Shown here: positions 27,780-42,300 of the stretch, piece after piece
How the letters are laid out: the number at the start of each line of letters is the position of its first letter
How positions within the stretch are numbered: the stretch's first letter is position 1
Source: Cenococcum geophilum
Taxonomy: Eukaryota
Assembly: GCA_050273025.1 (NCBI GenBank)
Contig: CP158635.1
Location: 25,978,001 to 26,042,000, forward strand
Direction of reading: 5' to 3'
DNA: 64,000 nt
The notes under the pieces: generated by a model
Databases searched by the model: none
What the model was told of the DNA's origin: nothing
Seen by the model: the letters and a program-made list of their open reading frames with translations, nothing else
Made by a program: the position numbers and the translations under genes

Positions 27780-28540
27780 AATTTTAAGCAGTAACCTACT
27801 TGTTTTTCTTTGTTCTATTATAAATAAAAACCTATTTATTTCTTATAGAAACATATCCTTAACCGTACTGCGCTATTTCTCTTCGTTTATAAGCTGAATT
27901 CGTCCTCTAGCTATTTTATTGCTAATATAATAGTAAAGCGTTTTACTTTTAGGGTTAAAGTTAATATCCTGGCCTAGTATATTTATAAATGTATTAAAGC
28001 TTAGATTATTAACATGTATATTTAGAGCGTTATTCTTGCTAGTCGCTAGCTTTTAGGTTAGGATAATTATTAGCTCTTTATTAGCTGCCTACTAGATTAG
28101 TATTATTGTTGTTCTATATAACCTTAGTGTTCCCTCCTGCCTTATTACCTTTGGTATGCCGGCTAGTAGATAATACGCGATGGCGGAGTATGGGAGTACT
28201 AGGTTGCCTGTTATAATTTGCCTAGTAGGAGCTATTTTGTTTATTTAACGCGTTACATTATAGCTATAGCGCTAGGTAAGCTGTTTAATATATTTAGTAC
28301 GTAGGTTTTTAGGTAAACCTAGAAATACGGATGGGAATTCGTTGGAGATTTTGTTTAATATTTGCCGTATTTATACCTTGCTTATAAGGGAGCGTAGTGG
28401 CTATCTAAGGAGCCCGCGCGTTGATATTTTGATTTCAATATTATAGTAGATCGTATTATATTGTTCGTTTATAAGCCCTAAATCTCGCTTAAGAGTGTCT
28501 TTAGTATTATGGCTTAGGTTTGTTATTAGTGCTATAATTC
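27780..28540 (-). pseudogene. RIP-degraded hypothetical protein gene
   Basis: The frame KDTLKRDLGLINEQYNTIYY...ISNEFPSVF...NNLSFNTFINILGQDINFNP...NEEK*RSTVKDMF is present. Confidence 0.4.
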
Positions 28541-28959
28541 TAGAAGCGTTAGGGGAGGTGCGGTAGGAAAGACGTCTTAATTACGCGCTAAGACCGATGT
28601 ATAGAATTGTGTAGATAGGTATATTATTTAGTTATTATATAAAACAATCAGTTAAATATCTTATAAGAAATAAATAAGCGTATTAGCGAACGCTTCTTCA
28701 CCCGCTATACTACCTAGACTTACAACCTCCTATCCCTTTTACGTCTCCATCTATAAGCTCGATTTAGCACCCGGATTTATTAATACTTTTTTTTTATATA
28801 TTTTTTATATATTTATTGTATTATACTACGTATAATAATGCGTATACAGCCTCTAGGCTATAGTGCTATAGTTCTATATATATAAATCCTTTCTAGGCAG
28901 CTTAATATATACTAGTAATTATGTTTGCTAATACTTTAAGACGCCTAGTTAGCCTATAA

Positions 28960-30065
28960 CTGGTGGAGCCTAGTTAGTATAATTAGAGGTCCTGACCTTT
29001 ATTGAAATACTTAATATCCCTAATAAGGGCTAGAATATTATTAGCGAAAACGGAGATATTCTACTATAAGTTAATAAGATCTTAGGTTTATATAGCTTGA
29101 TAGAGGAGTATCTAAGCTCTTAATATAATCTTTTAAGAGAAGACACGATTAAACCGTTAAGAGAGGTAGTAGGTTAAATTAGAGTAGACCCTTTTTAGTT
29201 TGCTAGAATCTGGATATGGTAATAGAGTCGGTATATATAAATAGGTAAGTATGCTATAATTTTAAAGCAGTTATCCCCTGATATCTATAAGGTCCATACT
29301 AGCTTAGTAATATTTTTACCTTAAGGGCTGGTAATCTGCGTGGTGTTTTTACTTAGGAGAGTAGGGAAGATGATTTATTGGGATTAGTTAAAAAGACTAG
29401 TTGCTAGGTCTCTAGTTGCTTTAACTCCTAAGATTAACAATTTTCGAATAAAATGTATACTTGTGATAGTGGCGGCGAGATTATTGGCTGTATTAGAACA
29501 GAATTTTTTAGAGGTTGATTTATTCTTTAAGACCTAAAGATATTAAGATCGACTTATTTATATTATGGATAATGGTTAAGGAACGAACTAGATTTTACAA
29601 AGTTAGTTGCTATACTATATTGGCATTATAAAAGCTGATAAGAAAGCCGTAAGTGTGTAATATTTTCTAAATAAGAAGATATCTAACTACTAATAGATTC
29701 CCGTTATTAGAATACCTTATTTAAGTTTAATAGAATATTAAAGCACTATAATATATTATAAATAAGCCTTATACGGATCTTAGTTTAATTATAGCTATTG
29801 AGGATGCTTTCTTATTTGAGAATGTTTATATTCTTGAAGACTAGTTAGATATAACTACTATGGGGCTTAATAAATTTTAAGCTACTATACTGAAACGAGT
29901 TCTTATAAAGCGTCTTGCAATAATCTAAAGACCTTTAGGCACTAGAAAAACGTGGCTTTAAAGGCGTTGCTTAGCAATATAATAATAGGAGATCCCCCCG
30001 TTATTGTTATATATTATATAAACTATACGCTAGACTAGTTATTTAGATATATTACTTAAAGTAAT
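28960..30065 (+). pseudogene. Truncated Hrr1/ZNFX1-type (Upf1-like SF1) RNA helicase, N-terminal part only
   Basis: Contains EEYLSS*YNLLREDTIKPLRE, WD*LKRLVARSLVALTP..NFRIKCILVIVAAR, WIMVKERTRFYKVS, Walker A LAII*RPLGTRKT (IIQGPPGTGKT) and motif Ia PPVIVIYYINYTLD* (CYTNHALDQ). Two GTAAGT..AG introns are present, and the gene stops after motif Ia. Confidence 0.8.
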
Positions 30066-30199
30066 ATATACTTTATAAAATTTCCTAGTACTTCTAACTG
30101 TCTTAATACTATTGCTTATACGGATAGATAATATTATACTATATTGGGCGCTAGGGCTATAGGAGTAGGAAGAAGAGGAAGTGTTAGGGCTCCCTCTTT

Positions 30200-30590
30200 T
30201 TATATCTTGTATTTTATTTTTTTATATTATCTTATATTGTCCTACTATTGTCCTACTATTATGTTATATTGTCCTATATTGTCCTATATTATCCTACTAT
30301 TATATTACATTGTCCTGCTATTATATTATATTGTCCTGCTATTATATTACATTGTCCTGCCATTATATTATATTGTTTTGCCATTATGTTATATTATCCT
30401 ATTATCGCCCTACTATTGTGTTATATTATTTTGACATTATCCTACTATTATCCTGCCATTATGTTATATTGTCCTGTTATTGTTCTGCTATTATATTATA
30501 TTATTCTATTATTGTCCTACCATTGTATTATATTGTCCTGTTATTGTCTTATATTGTCCTGCTATTGTCTTGGTACTGCTATATACTTTT
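30200..30590. repeat. AT-rich minisatellite (~21-bp tattatattgtcctgctatta variants)
   Basis: The tandem units are visible and explain the three overlapping low-complexity ORFs. Confidence 0.9.
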
Positions 30591-31649
30591 TACCATTTAC
30601 TAAGATTATAGTTGTGGGTATTTGTTAGCTAGGATCCGGGCAGTAACTTTTAGTAGTAATTTTACTGCCCAAATCTCTTGTAGATTAATTAATTGGTATA
30701 GAGCCGTTGTATTATAGTAAAGCCATATCTAAGCAATCTATATCGTAATCCTTAGTATAATGTTATACGTAGAAATATTTAATTGTTAGATTTAGGAAGA
30801 TGTTTATATTTTAATTAAATTTATAAGACTATAACTAAGGGCCTTTACGGCGTAGTGGTATGGTAAGTTCTACAATCGCTTTAGTTTGGGGTTGCTTAGC
30901 TACTATAGGAAAGTCGTAATACTTGGGGTAGTGTTGAACTTAAGGTGCCTCGCCACTGCAGTGGCAGAGATATAATAGATTAACTGCTTACTGAAATATA
31001 GCGCCCCCGTTATTGTAGTAGCCACTACAGTAACAGAGATACCCTATATTTATAAATTTAGATTCTATATACGGTATAGCTTGCGAATTTAACGCGCTTA
31101 CCGATCTGGAGGAGCTTTTAGATTAAAAAGTCGCCAGATTAACTAAACAATTGCGTTAGAATTAGATTTGAGCTTCAGCTCGGATATATTCTGCGGCCTT
31201 TAAATTTAATCTAAAGTCGCAACCGAACGTTCCCTAAGATTTAATATAGGGATCTCTCCCTAAGGATCTGGTTTGATTGTAAGGTTTAGGAAGGGGTTAT
31301 AATTTAGTTAAATTTATAAGATTATATTCTAAAGTCCTTATAGCGTAGTAGTATGGTACGTTTTGCCTCTTACTATGATTTGGAGCTAACCCAACGTAAT
31401 TAAAACTTGACGTGGAAGAGCCGATATGCTTAGTATATAGTACTGAGATTTCGTTAAATATATAACTTTAGGCGTTGCGGGACACGTATAAAAATACAAG
31501 CTTAATTTGGAGCCTTACTAACGCCTAATTTAATAGGAAACGACCTTTTTTTTTTAATATTTTTGATATTTTTAATGCGTAATAAGTGGGAATTAAACCT
31601 GCTACGTCTAAGAGTTAAATACGCGACGTCTAATTACTTAATCTAGCTA

Positions 31650-31890
31650 GGAGGCTTGGCGGCAATGTAATAGGGCTTAATAACGTAATAAGGCTTAACG
31701 GCGATATAATAAGACTTAGTAATATAATGAGACTTAATAATACAATAAGGCTTAGCGACGTGATAAGGCTTGGCGACGTGATAAGACTTAATAATGCAAT
31801 AAGGCTCGGCAATATAATAAGGCTTAGCGGCAATATAATAAAACTTAACGATGTAATAAGTCTTAGCGATATAATAAGGCTTAGGGCCGG
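31650..31890. repeat. 18/21-bp minisatellite (gcaatataataaggctta variants)
   Basis: The tandem units are visible. Confidence 0.88.
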
Positions 31891-33099
31891 GCAATAAGGG
31901 GAAGATTTAAGGTTGCTTAGTTACTAATACCTAACAGCGAAATCTAACGGTATAGTACTGCTATTAAGGTATTTTAATGCGGGTAGGTTATATAAAGGTT
32001 TTATCTATAATATATCTAATATATCCTAAAAGTCTGCCTTTCGCTTGTCTTTAAGGTTAAATTTCTGGCCTGTAATGAATTAAATGTTATAGTTAGTAAG
32101 AGCACAACAAATAACAGCATATTTTGCCCTGTTGTTCTTAAAACCGTTAAACACGAAGTAGTAGGTAGTCCATTAACTTATATCTGTTAGTGCCGGCTAA
32201 TAAAGTGCCTTTAAAATATACTAATATTAATAATAGCCCTTTTATTTTGTAGCATAATAAGCTTAATAGCAATAGGGTTTTGGTCCTTATAATTAAGCAT
32301 ATTTATCTAGCGGAGCTAGGTTTACTAATTATTCTAGTTAGCATTATATTATGGGTTAATTTAATATCTTATACTAATGGAAAAAAGTAGGAGGTAGATT
32401 AAATAGAATAATTAGGGTACGCTTTTCTTTGCCGTTAGGGATTTTATATAGACGTCGCACAGCGTGCAGGTAGGAGCTGGTAGTCGTTGAGATATCGTAG
32501 GCAGTAGTAAAAGTTTCACACAGGATAGTAAGATCTCGAAAACCACCACTAACGGTTCCCCCTTATAGCAGACAACTACGTATATACGCTGCAACTGTGC
32601 AATCGGCAGACGAAAGCGGTAGTTATGAACGTTAGTTTATTTGTTCTAATGCCGTCTTGCTTTTTATAATAATTTAAGATATAAAGGGAGCTTTAGTTAT
32701 AGGATAATCCTCTTATATACCAATTAGGCTTTTAGAATAATAAAGATGGCATATATATATAGTCTATTAGTAAAGAGGATACACCTTAATAGGAATTATT
32801 AATGTATATTAGGAATAAGAGTTAGTAGGGTTATAAGCTGGATTACTTAACAGGTGTTAAGGTAGTTAGTAGCTGGAGTAATATTAATCTAAATAAAATT
32901 TAAACTTTTTAAGGTTTAGTTAGTTATAAGGTAGTTAATACTAAAATAATATATTATAAAATATTAAACAGTTATATATTGTCTATATATATATATATTA
33001 TACTAAGACATACTCTTATTATAGGGGGTTGCTGCTCTAACTGCACTAGCTACGCTATTTCTATTACATTATTATTAGCCTACTGAGTAGGTTAGGCTT

Positions 33100-36000
33100 T
33101 AAACACTTCATAGAACTTATTAATTATTATCCTTTTAGTCATTATACGCCTCGCTAATATAACTATATTAATTGGGTTCCATTTATCCGTACTATATATT
33201 ATTAATATAGTAACTACTAGCGCTAGCTGTCTAGATCTAGCAGCTTGGCTAAATACTTATACCTTTATATTTACCGTTGTTGCTAGTTTAAGTAAATAGA
33301 CTTTATATATAGAGACCAAATTTAGACCCTCTTCTCTAACTCTTTGGTTGATAATGAGAAACTAAACTATGTTATTTTAGTGAGGACCGCCTATTAGAAT
33401 ACGAAACGCTTCGTAGATATCCTTCTAGTCTTTTAGGGATATCCTAGACTCTATCTAGCGAACAGTTAAATATTTAAACTGGCCGAGCCTTTTATAGAAA
33501 TACTATATTATATTATTAGTAATAGTTTACCACTAGTCTAATAGCTAACTTATGAGGCGTAATAGCGTATATGCCGCTGGTTCGTAACTGCTAAATAGTA
33601 GTCTTTTATTAGGATTCCTTTTGAGTACTTTATTAACGTATTTTATAATTCTATTTAGTTTCCTAGAGTTAGTAATCGTGCTCTAATTCTTCTAAAGTAG
33701 ATTCTCGTCTAAAGGTTTATCCTATTTTTTACTATGGAACTTATTAATTATCCACCTTAGCTTTATTTTAACTTTTGTCTCATCCTTTTACCATATATCC
33801 TGCCACTTATCTCCTACCTTAGCTAGGCCTAGAAAGATAGTAAAATTTTTTAATAAGTGACTGGCTCCCTCTAGAAATTAATCCATATTAAAGATGGGTT
33901 CTTCTTCTTTTCTTTCTTTAGCTTTCTAGTATCTAAAAGCTTTATTTAGCTGTTTAAAAGCTTTTAGGGATGCTCTATACCAGAGCTTCTTAATATACGG
34001 TTTAAATATTAAATCGTTTATTATATAGCAGTCTTAGTAGACAACCAGTAGTAGCTTATTAATTACCCTCCTATTAAACTATCGGTCTTCCCCCATCCTA
34101 TATATAATTAAGACCTTTATAATCAAAAAGGAGTATTCTTTAAAGCCTATAATAACCTTATTTGGAAGAGAAGAGCGATTAGCTACTTCTAGCTTTTTAT
34201 ATTTAATTAACGCTTTAATATTACGATTATTAATTAATTTTGTATTTAGGGAATCCGTTTAATTAGGGGCCCTAAAAATTTCTAAGGCGGGAATTAAACT
34301 CATAAAACCTTTACTAGTTAGCGTACCGGAAGTAAACACTACTAAAGGTCAAGAGGTATAGTAGGTTATTTTACTATTGCCGTTCTTATAAGACCGGCCC
34401 AGGCGTTAGAAGCGAGGAAATACTGCTTAATCATTGTACACTTATTTAGCGATTTTTATTAGATAACCTATCTCTAACCTGTCTATATAGAACTTATTAG
34501 CAAAAATCCTACTAACAATATAATAAGGACCACCGTCTCTATAGAGATTAAAAATGGTTTTATACTATTCCTAAGCGGTCCAGGTTATTACTTAAGTTTA
34601 CAAGGTTGTAATTATAAGATATAAAGCCAATCTTAGGTCCATTTTCTACTAGACCACTTCGCCTTCTCCTTTATATTTTATAGGTTTAAGAATATCCCTA
34701 TCTTTATCCGTAAAATTATATTTCTTTATACTAGACCTAATAAAAGCTATATAGCGCACGCGGACTTATAGTTTACCTCTAGGAATAAAATTATTTAGTT
34801 CTAAGGTCTTAAACCATAATTCGACGTCTTTAACCGCTTAGGGTAGTAGATTCTATCTAGTAATATATATGGTTGGTTCTACTAGCCGGTTAAGAAATTT
34901 TCTGGTAATACTTCCCTTAATATAATAGCACTGTGGCATACCATCTATTTAACTTAGGTATTGGGCATTAGGCGGCTGTAGGTGTTTATCTATACTAGGG
35001 GTAAGGTAGAGACTTTTATCTCTACCTTTTTAATTTTTCTAATTAAGCTAGTTAAGGTTAATCTTAGTTATTAACACGCCGGTATACTAGATTAAAAGTA
35101 TTTAAAGTATCTTACCTAAACCTATTATATCCGCAAGAAAGGTTCCACCTAGGGTTGTATAATTAAGAAGAGTATAGGTAATACTAAGCAGCTAATATAT
35201 CTATATAGCTTTACCCTTTTTTATACCGTGTAAGTAGAAGGTTACGTCTTAAAGAGTGTTATAAATAGTTAACGGAAATAAAAGGAACTGTAGCGCCTTT
35301 ACCTATAATATTGGGTTAATATATGCTTCTTGTACGTCCTTTAGGTGATTAACTTTCTAATTAACCTCCTTAATTTCATCCTTGTGCTCGTTTTCCGGTT
35401 CCTTATTAGTTAAAATAGGGTTAATTAAGGCGTTAAAGTGGCGGCGCTCCTATGTGTGGTTAAGATTAATTTCCCCAATATAAATTAGGTTAGGGTTATT
35501 ATTTATATTCTTAAATAATGTATTAATAAACATTTTATAATTAGACTTTGGCTATTTATTATACTATCCTTTTATTTTATCCTATGGCATTATTTTAAAT
35601 GTTTATACTTTATCTAGATTTATGCCTTTTAAGAGCTCTAATTCATCCAGTAAAGGCTAATCTTTACTATTATAAATTTAGCTATAAGCAGTTTTAATTA
35701 TAGCCGGCTATACGGCTAATGATATATTAGTAGGTATAGGTAGCGTGGACTTTGGGGTTAATGTAGGCTTTGGATTTAACTGCTTAGGTATAGATAGTAT
35801 GGACTCTAGGGTTAACTGCTTATAACTACTTTAACCTAAGGTAGGTATGTTTGTTCTTCTCCTAGTTGGCACCGGTCGTATAATATTAGGGTTAGAGTTA
35901 GACTTAGAATCACCCTTATTAAATCTTATACCTATAAACGTACATTAGATAACTTTATACAATATTATATAATCTTATAAATTATAAAGTCTCTTACGCT

Positions 36001-36700
36001 TTATAATCCGATTGGGATCTTTAACTCTAATTATAATTATATTAAGTCCGGCCTTCTTTATAGAAAGCACCGTAAATGCTAGGTTTATATAGTTGAGAAT
36101 TGGTATACCAGTGGTTAGATCTACTATAGTCTAGCTATCCCTATATTTATTCGCCGAGAAGTTTTTACTTATTGCGGCCTATAGTTTATTATATCCACAG
36201 TAATATACATTAATTTTCTCTGGAGAATTAGATAATAGATGCTTATACTTAGTTTTTAATACAAATCCGTATAGAATGGGGGCCCTAGTAAATGGCGTTT
36301 TGTTTAGGTAACTGTATATAGCAAAGCTTATTTTATAGAATAGTGTAGGTGTAGTATTTGGCTATTATAGGGCTTTAATGGACAGATTACTAAGCACTTA
36401 GGCAGCCTTAGAGGTTGCCCTCGATTTGGATAAGTTAATAGACTACTCTCTAGAAGATAAGGCGCTACGCTTTTAAATAGTATTAGTTATTATAACCTCT
36501 ACGCCTCTATATCTGTTAGTCGTTATATATCGCTATATAAATTTTTTAGCGGTAACAGCGAAAGCTTTAAACTTTAATAGTAGATCAGATCTCTTAAACA
36601 CGTGCCTATACTTAGTATTAAGAAGGTTAAAGACTGTATACTTAACTTCATTTTATATAGGTCCGGACGTTAGTAACCTACTACTAGACGCTTTATTAAT
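33100..36700 (-). pseudogene. SNF2/Rad5-16-like SF2 ATPase relic
   Basis: Motif I GGTFLADIIGLGKIL (GGxxLADxMGLGKT) lies at ~35100-35150, with a Cys-rich insert QPPNAQ..MPQC. The helicase-C region EGLNLV..KVYLLKL...VFSQAARSRQ (motifs V-VI) lies at ~33230-33340. The N-terminal extent is uncertain. Confidence 0.72.
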
Positions 36701-37298
36701 TTCGCTAGTATAGTATTAAAGGATTTCGCTATATGTTTTTTTGTTAATTATAAGTCCTTACTATAGCTTTAGACTACTTATTTACGATAAGTTCTTATTA
36801 ATTATAGTAGTTAAGTACTAACTAGATTCTAAATATGGCGCCACTATTATAGTTAGGGACCCTATATATTTATAAGCGGGTGAAAGCTTAATATAGAATA
36901 GTATAGAGTAACTTATAAAGACAGTGGAGCGGATAATATATTAAATAATTAGTAATAATATAATAAGATAATCCTAATAGTTATAATAAAAAGGTATGCT
37001 AATGGTATTAACTTAAAATAATAGCGGATGCTAATAAGAGTGATCTAAAAGTAATATAAGAAATAGAACGGAATATAAGTCTTAACGTAAGAAGTAGGAT
37101 AAGATGTAAACTTTAATATAGGCAGTAAAATGAAATATAAGACTTAGAGTAAGAAACGGAACAAAAGGTGCGTAGCAAGATAAGATATAAGATTTACGCT
37201 ACTAACTAAGTAAATAATAATAAGAGAGCTGATAATTCTATTCTTCGTATTATAACTGGTTAGTAAAGTAGCTTTAAAGAGGTAGGGAAACAAGTTTA

Positions 37299-37620
37299 GG
37301 ATAATCTAAGACATTAAAAAATGTCTAAGATTATACGAAAAAGTAAAATATAATATAGCATTTTATTCCGCAAGTATAAGGTAAGGCAAAATACATAGTA
37401 GAGAGAAGTAGGGGGATAATCTAAGACATTATAAAAGGTCCAAGATTATACAAAAAAAAGTGAAATATAATATAGTATTTTATCCTATAAGCGCAAGATA
37501 AGGTAAAGTGCATAGTAGAGAGAGGTAGGGGGATAATTTAAGACATTATAAAAAGTCTAAGATTGTATAAAATAAAGTAAAATATAATATGGTATTTTAT
37601 TCTATAAGCGCAAGATAAGG
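37299..37620. repeat. ~116-bp tandem repeat, 3 copies, between divergent genes
   Basis: The string ggataatctaagacatt...aagattat...aaatataatat.g.attttat is repeated. Confidence 0.9.
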
Positions 37621-38119
37621 CTTTAGGATACCCTTTTACCCAAAGTACAACCTATTTTTAAGCTATGTTACTAATAAAGTAACTTTTTTTTAGGTAAGCT
37701 GTTACGTTTACTGTATAGGTAACCTAAAACTAGTATCCTAAATCCTATTTATGGCTACTACGCCTTATATTAAAGATATTCGCTAGACTTATTTACATAT
37801 AGATCCCGTAGTCTAAATTGTATATTAAGCTATCTATAATATAGCTATTATTACTCTAGCCCTATAACACCGTACTCTTATTTATGCGCCTTTTTCTTCT
37901 ATTTCCTGCTATTGTCTACTTAATCTTTTAAACTTCTATAGCCGCCTAAACTAACACTGTAGCCTCTTTGTTTTTAAAAATATAATTATGTTAAGCTTAG
38001 CTTAGCCTTAATTTCTCTTCAAAAACACGGCTATGTTAAGCTTACTTTGGCCTTAATTTCTCTAAATATACACTGCCTAGAAATATATCCCGCCTTACAT
38101 AACTACTATAAGCTCTACC

Positions 38120-39110
38120 TACAATATGGCGTCTAGTGCCCTAGCGCGGAGTAGGCTCTCTTAAAAGCCGTATTATAATGCCTTCTAGAGACTAGATACC
38201 TAAAGCTTCTTTAGCCGCTGTAAATAAGGGAGATGCCAATATATAGATTAACGGTGGTATACTGGGTGAAGATGGCCCTAATCTTCGCAAGCTAGGGTAG
38301 GATATTAAGGTTAAGCTAGCCAATCTATAGACTAACCTAAATAACCTATTCTTTTCTGCTAAATCATTTAAAGAGCTTTAACTGTATTTTAGCTCTCCGC
38401 ACCCTAGTAGTATATAGGCTTATACTAATATGTCTATTTAATAGGAAACTAGAGGTATTAAAAGGAATTCTAGAAATAAACTTTCGAAAGCCGTTAAAGA
38501 TAAGCAGTTAGCCTACAAGATACGGGCTTTCTATTTAGTTACTTCGCGGGCTTTAAATTATCTATATTATTACCGATACCTATTATCCGGCCTAACCCTC
38601 TAGCGTTACCCTAACGACAAATATGAGACTTCCGGGCGGCAGCTTAAGTTAGATATTAGTTAGAACTCTATATACCTAAGACCGGATATTATAGTTTTAA
38701 GTGCTAACTTATTTAGTTATCTCAACTTAACTAGTACTACCCTTAATCCTCCCTTTTTTCTTACTACGGCTTATATAGAAATAACGGAATTATAGGTCCG
38801 GATAGCTAATATTATTAGGCTTTATAACATTAGTAGTAAATAATATCTTCGCCATAGCTATGGTCCTATAGCTATCGCCTAAGAATACTATATATTGTTG
38901 TTTAGACGGATAAAGGTTTTTTGGGTACTATTAAGTCTTTAATTTATAGTTTGGCTGCTTTAAACTCTTTTAAGTCCTTAAACTTAGTGTTAAGCTCGGT
39001 ATTAAGCTGGTTATACTTATACTTTAGCGTCTAGTTTAATTGCCTTAGACTCTTAAGTCCTTAAACTTAGTGTTAAGCTAGTTATATTTACGCTTTAGTA
39101 TAACTAGTTC
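38120..39110 (+). pseudogene. Unknown gene relic with a probable coiled-coil C-terminus
   Basis: An ATG (atggcgtct) opens a coding-like stretch, with the repeat ctcttaagtccttaaacttagtgttaagct at ~38965 and ~39050. Confidence 0.3.
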
Positions 39111-39349
39111 TAGTAAGAAAATAAGAGGTATACTCTTAGCAGCTATAAAGCTAAGCCACTTAGATTAAATACTGGCAATTAACCGTTAGTACTATAATAC
39201 GTACTCTTTACGCCTAGAAATAATACTATATTGTTTAATATATAATTAGCAATAATGCAGCGGAGCTGTTTATGGTGTTCTTATACCCCTAAGAGTTACG
39301 GCGGCCTTTACTAACACCTATGGTGCTATAAAAGGCGGCTGTCTAGCTA

Positions 39350-42300
39350 CTAACATGTCTATAAAAAAACACGCAAAGAGAGATATAATACTCGCACGTT
39401 TATTACGGCCCGACTACTTATAATTCGCAATTAATTCCACCACTCTAACTGGTTAGATAACGCGTAATTGTAACTAGATGGTATAAATATGGATACTAAT
39501 AAGTACGCTCCAGTGGCAGTAAAATATGAGTAAAATACCTACCTAGTGCCTTTGTGCGGTATACTATATTAAAAAAGCGTCCTATTGTTATTATTATTAC
39601 TTAGAGTAGAGATATTTAAAGTAACTAAGAATATAAAGGCGGGTAAACTAATTTTATGCGAGACCGATAATAATATATAGTAAGTTAACCAGATAATTTT
39701 AGATATTACTATATAATAACACAATAATAGCCAAAGTATACTATATAATCCTTTTTATTTAGAGTTTAATTACGCCTTTTTAATATAGCTATACCGTATT
39801 TGCTGTATAAAGGGAGACGTCAACGCACTGCTTAAAGACACCCGCCTTAGCCCACTTTATAGCCTACTTAGCTTTTAATCTATAAATTAATAGGAGGAAC
39901 TGATTACCGCTATTTTATTTAGTATATAAGACGAACAATAGCTCCAATTAGAGTGTAAAGTGGAATTAAATATTAAAGGCTCTAAGCAGAGGAAATACTA
40001 TATTCTTTACTAGGATATTATAAATATAATTGCCTTTCTAATTAGCTATTAACCCTTTAAAGATGCACTAGTATATGCACTAAAGAGACTCTATAATGCC
40101 GATAACTATTAAGTCTATAATAAGCTATACAGCGGTAACTAGTGGTAGAAGACATAAGGCAAGGTTCCTAGCGGTGCTATAGTAGTTCCTATACTTATAG
40201 CAGTCGATAAGACCTAGCTAATAATGCACTATAGTAACAAATTGGCCTAGCCGGTATATCTTACTATCGGTAATCTTAACTAATAAGTTTGACGCCAACA
40301 GACATCCCCCGCAAATATTCTTATCGGTTTTATACTAGTTGTTAAAGAAAAGAATAACAATATAAAAAGTAAAGCATATTATAAAGCAATAAGAACTATA
40401 CTTAAATGTAAGTCCTGCTTTAGTATTCTAATGCTATATTCCATAAACTAAAATATAATAGCAATTAAGCATCTTATAGAAAGCGGCATAGACCTTTAAT
40501 GTACGGATAATTTTGTACGACGATGTTATCTAATTATATATGGAATAATGGCAGATTATAAAGAACAAGTGCTACTTATAGGTATTAAAAGCCGATAGCA
40601 CTGCACTATGTGCTAGGTCCCCCCTTTAAAGCGCGAGAACTTGACCGAGAAATAATACCCGCTACGCACCTATAAGGAGACGAGAAGATAGATTAAACGC
40701 TAGTAACTAGAGAACATTCTTCTATTCTTGGACAACTGGGTACACCTAATAGAATGTTTCGCGTGGCACTATTGCTTATTTAACATCTATAAGGGCATAA
40801 TAGTAGATGTTCTATATCAGCTTCTAAAGGGTATTGTTATGCGACTTATTGAATGGGTACGGAAACTAGTAGGCGATGTCGTCTAGCCAAAAAGAAAGAG
40901 AAGAGGGATGAAGATAACTACAATAAATATATCTATGGAGGCTTAGTTTAATTAGCGTTTTAGATAAATCCCGGCTTTTACGGGGCTAAAATGGTTTAAT
41001 AATCTGTTATTTAGTAAAGTTACTTAATAGATAGGTAATAAATAAAAAGCTATAGTTTGTCAACTTATCGCTGTGCTAGCCCCACTGCTATCGTCTAGGG
41101 AACTATATGCTATGCATTTTACAAGAGCCGTATGCGACTTCGTTATTATAGCTTAGTATCGCACCTATAATAAGGAGACACTATGATATATGCACTATGC
41201 CCTATATTGAATTAATATACTTAAAGGCATATTTTAAAGTTTCCGTCTAAAGGTAAAGGATTCTAATATAGGCCATTTTAATATACCAAAATTCCATGCC
41301 CTTGTATATTTTAAGGAAAATATCCGCCTATACGGATACGCAGATGGGTACTGCACTAGTGTAAATGGCGAAGCTAGACACCGTTATATTGTTAAGGCGT
41401 TTTATAACTTAATAAATAAATAGGATTCGCTATCTTAAATCTACTCTTATAATTTAAGACGGGTAGTAGTACTAGCAATGGAAGACGAAATAGCTTTTAT
41501 AAATAGTGATTCTGTACTATAGTCTTCTTAGTATTTAGAGGTATAGGTTACTTAACTAATATAGCATTTGGTAGTTGTAAAGCTTTAGTGGCCTTTAAAA
41601 AACATAAATAGGGCAACGGATCTTGTCTAGAGGCGTCTTAGGTTAAAGACGTGGCTTTATATATCTTATATGGCAAACTACTACAAAATCCTAGGGTTTC
41701 TAGACGGCATTGCGGTATTTATCCGAGAGTGTAGGTAAAAACTATAAGGCGAACGTGCCCAAAACTCTAATATGGACCGGAAAGAGAAGGATCCTTTATG
41801 GGTTAAGCGCCTGCTTGTTAAAATATATCTATCTATTCGCTATTAGAAACGAGACGGAAAAAATACAACTAACCTTGAGGCCTAAATTAGTGAGGTAGTA
41901 CGTTGCGCACTAGATTGGCAATGTTTTAACTAGTGGAGGCGTAATTACGTATGGGTTTAAGAGTATATGGATAACGACAACTATATTAGAAAGGGCCGTA
42001 CACCGTTAGGTGGAAGACTTATAGGCCAGCTTTAGCTAATTGTTACTGTTCTAGATATTAAAAGGTTAAATAAGTACGGTGTATATATACAGTATACTAG
42101 AGCTATAGTAGAGCTGCTTTAGCTATTAAATTATGGACTGCCGCATCCAATACACGGCATGGTTGAGGTGAAAAGGTAGCTGCGCTTAAGCGTAAATACT
42201 AGGCAAGTACTTAGAGGTGGTCGCTTTTATTTAATGCCATCTATTCTATAAAGCGCGCATATTATTTTAGCCGCTACTTCTTATCCAGATTTATACTATA

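Noticed and set aside
30144..30628. Three overlapping hydrophobic ORFs
   Set aside because: They are translations of an AT-rich minisatellite.
31630..31894. Two repetitive ORFs
   Set aside because: They are translations of the 18/21-bp minisatellite.
33100..36700. Argonaute or DUF3723 gene
   Set aside because: The motifs found are SNF2 motif I and helicase-C, not PAZ/PIWI or DUF3723.
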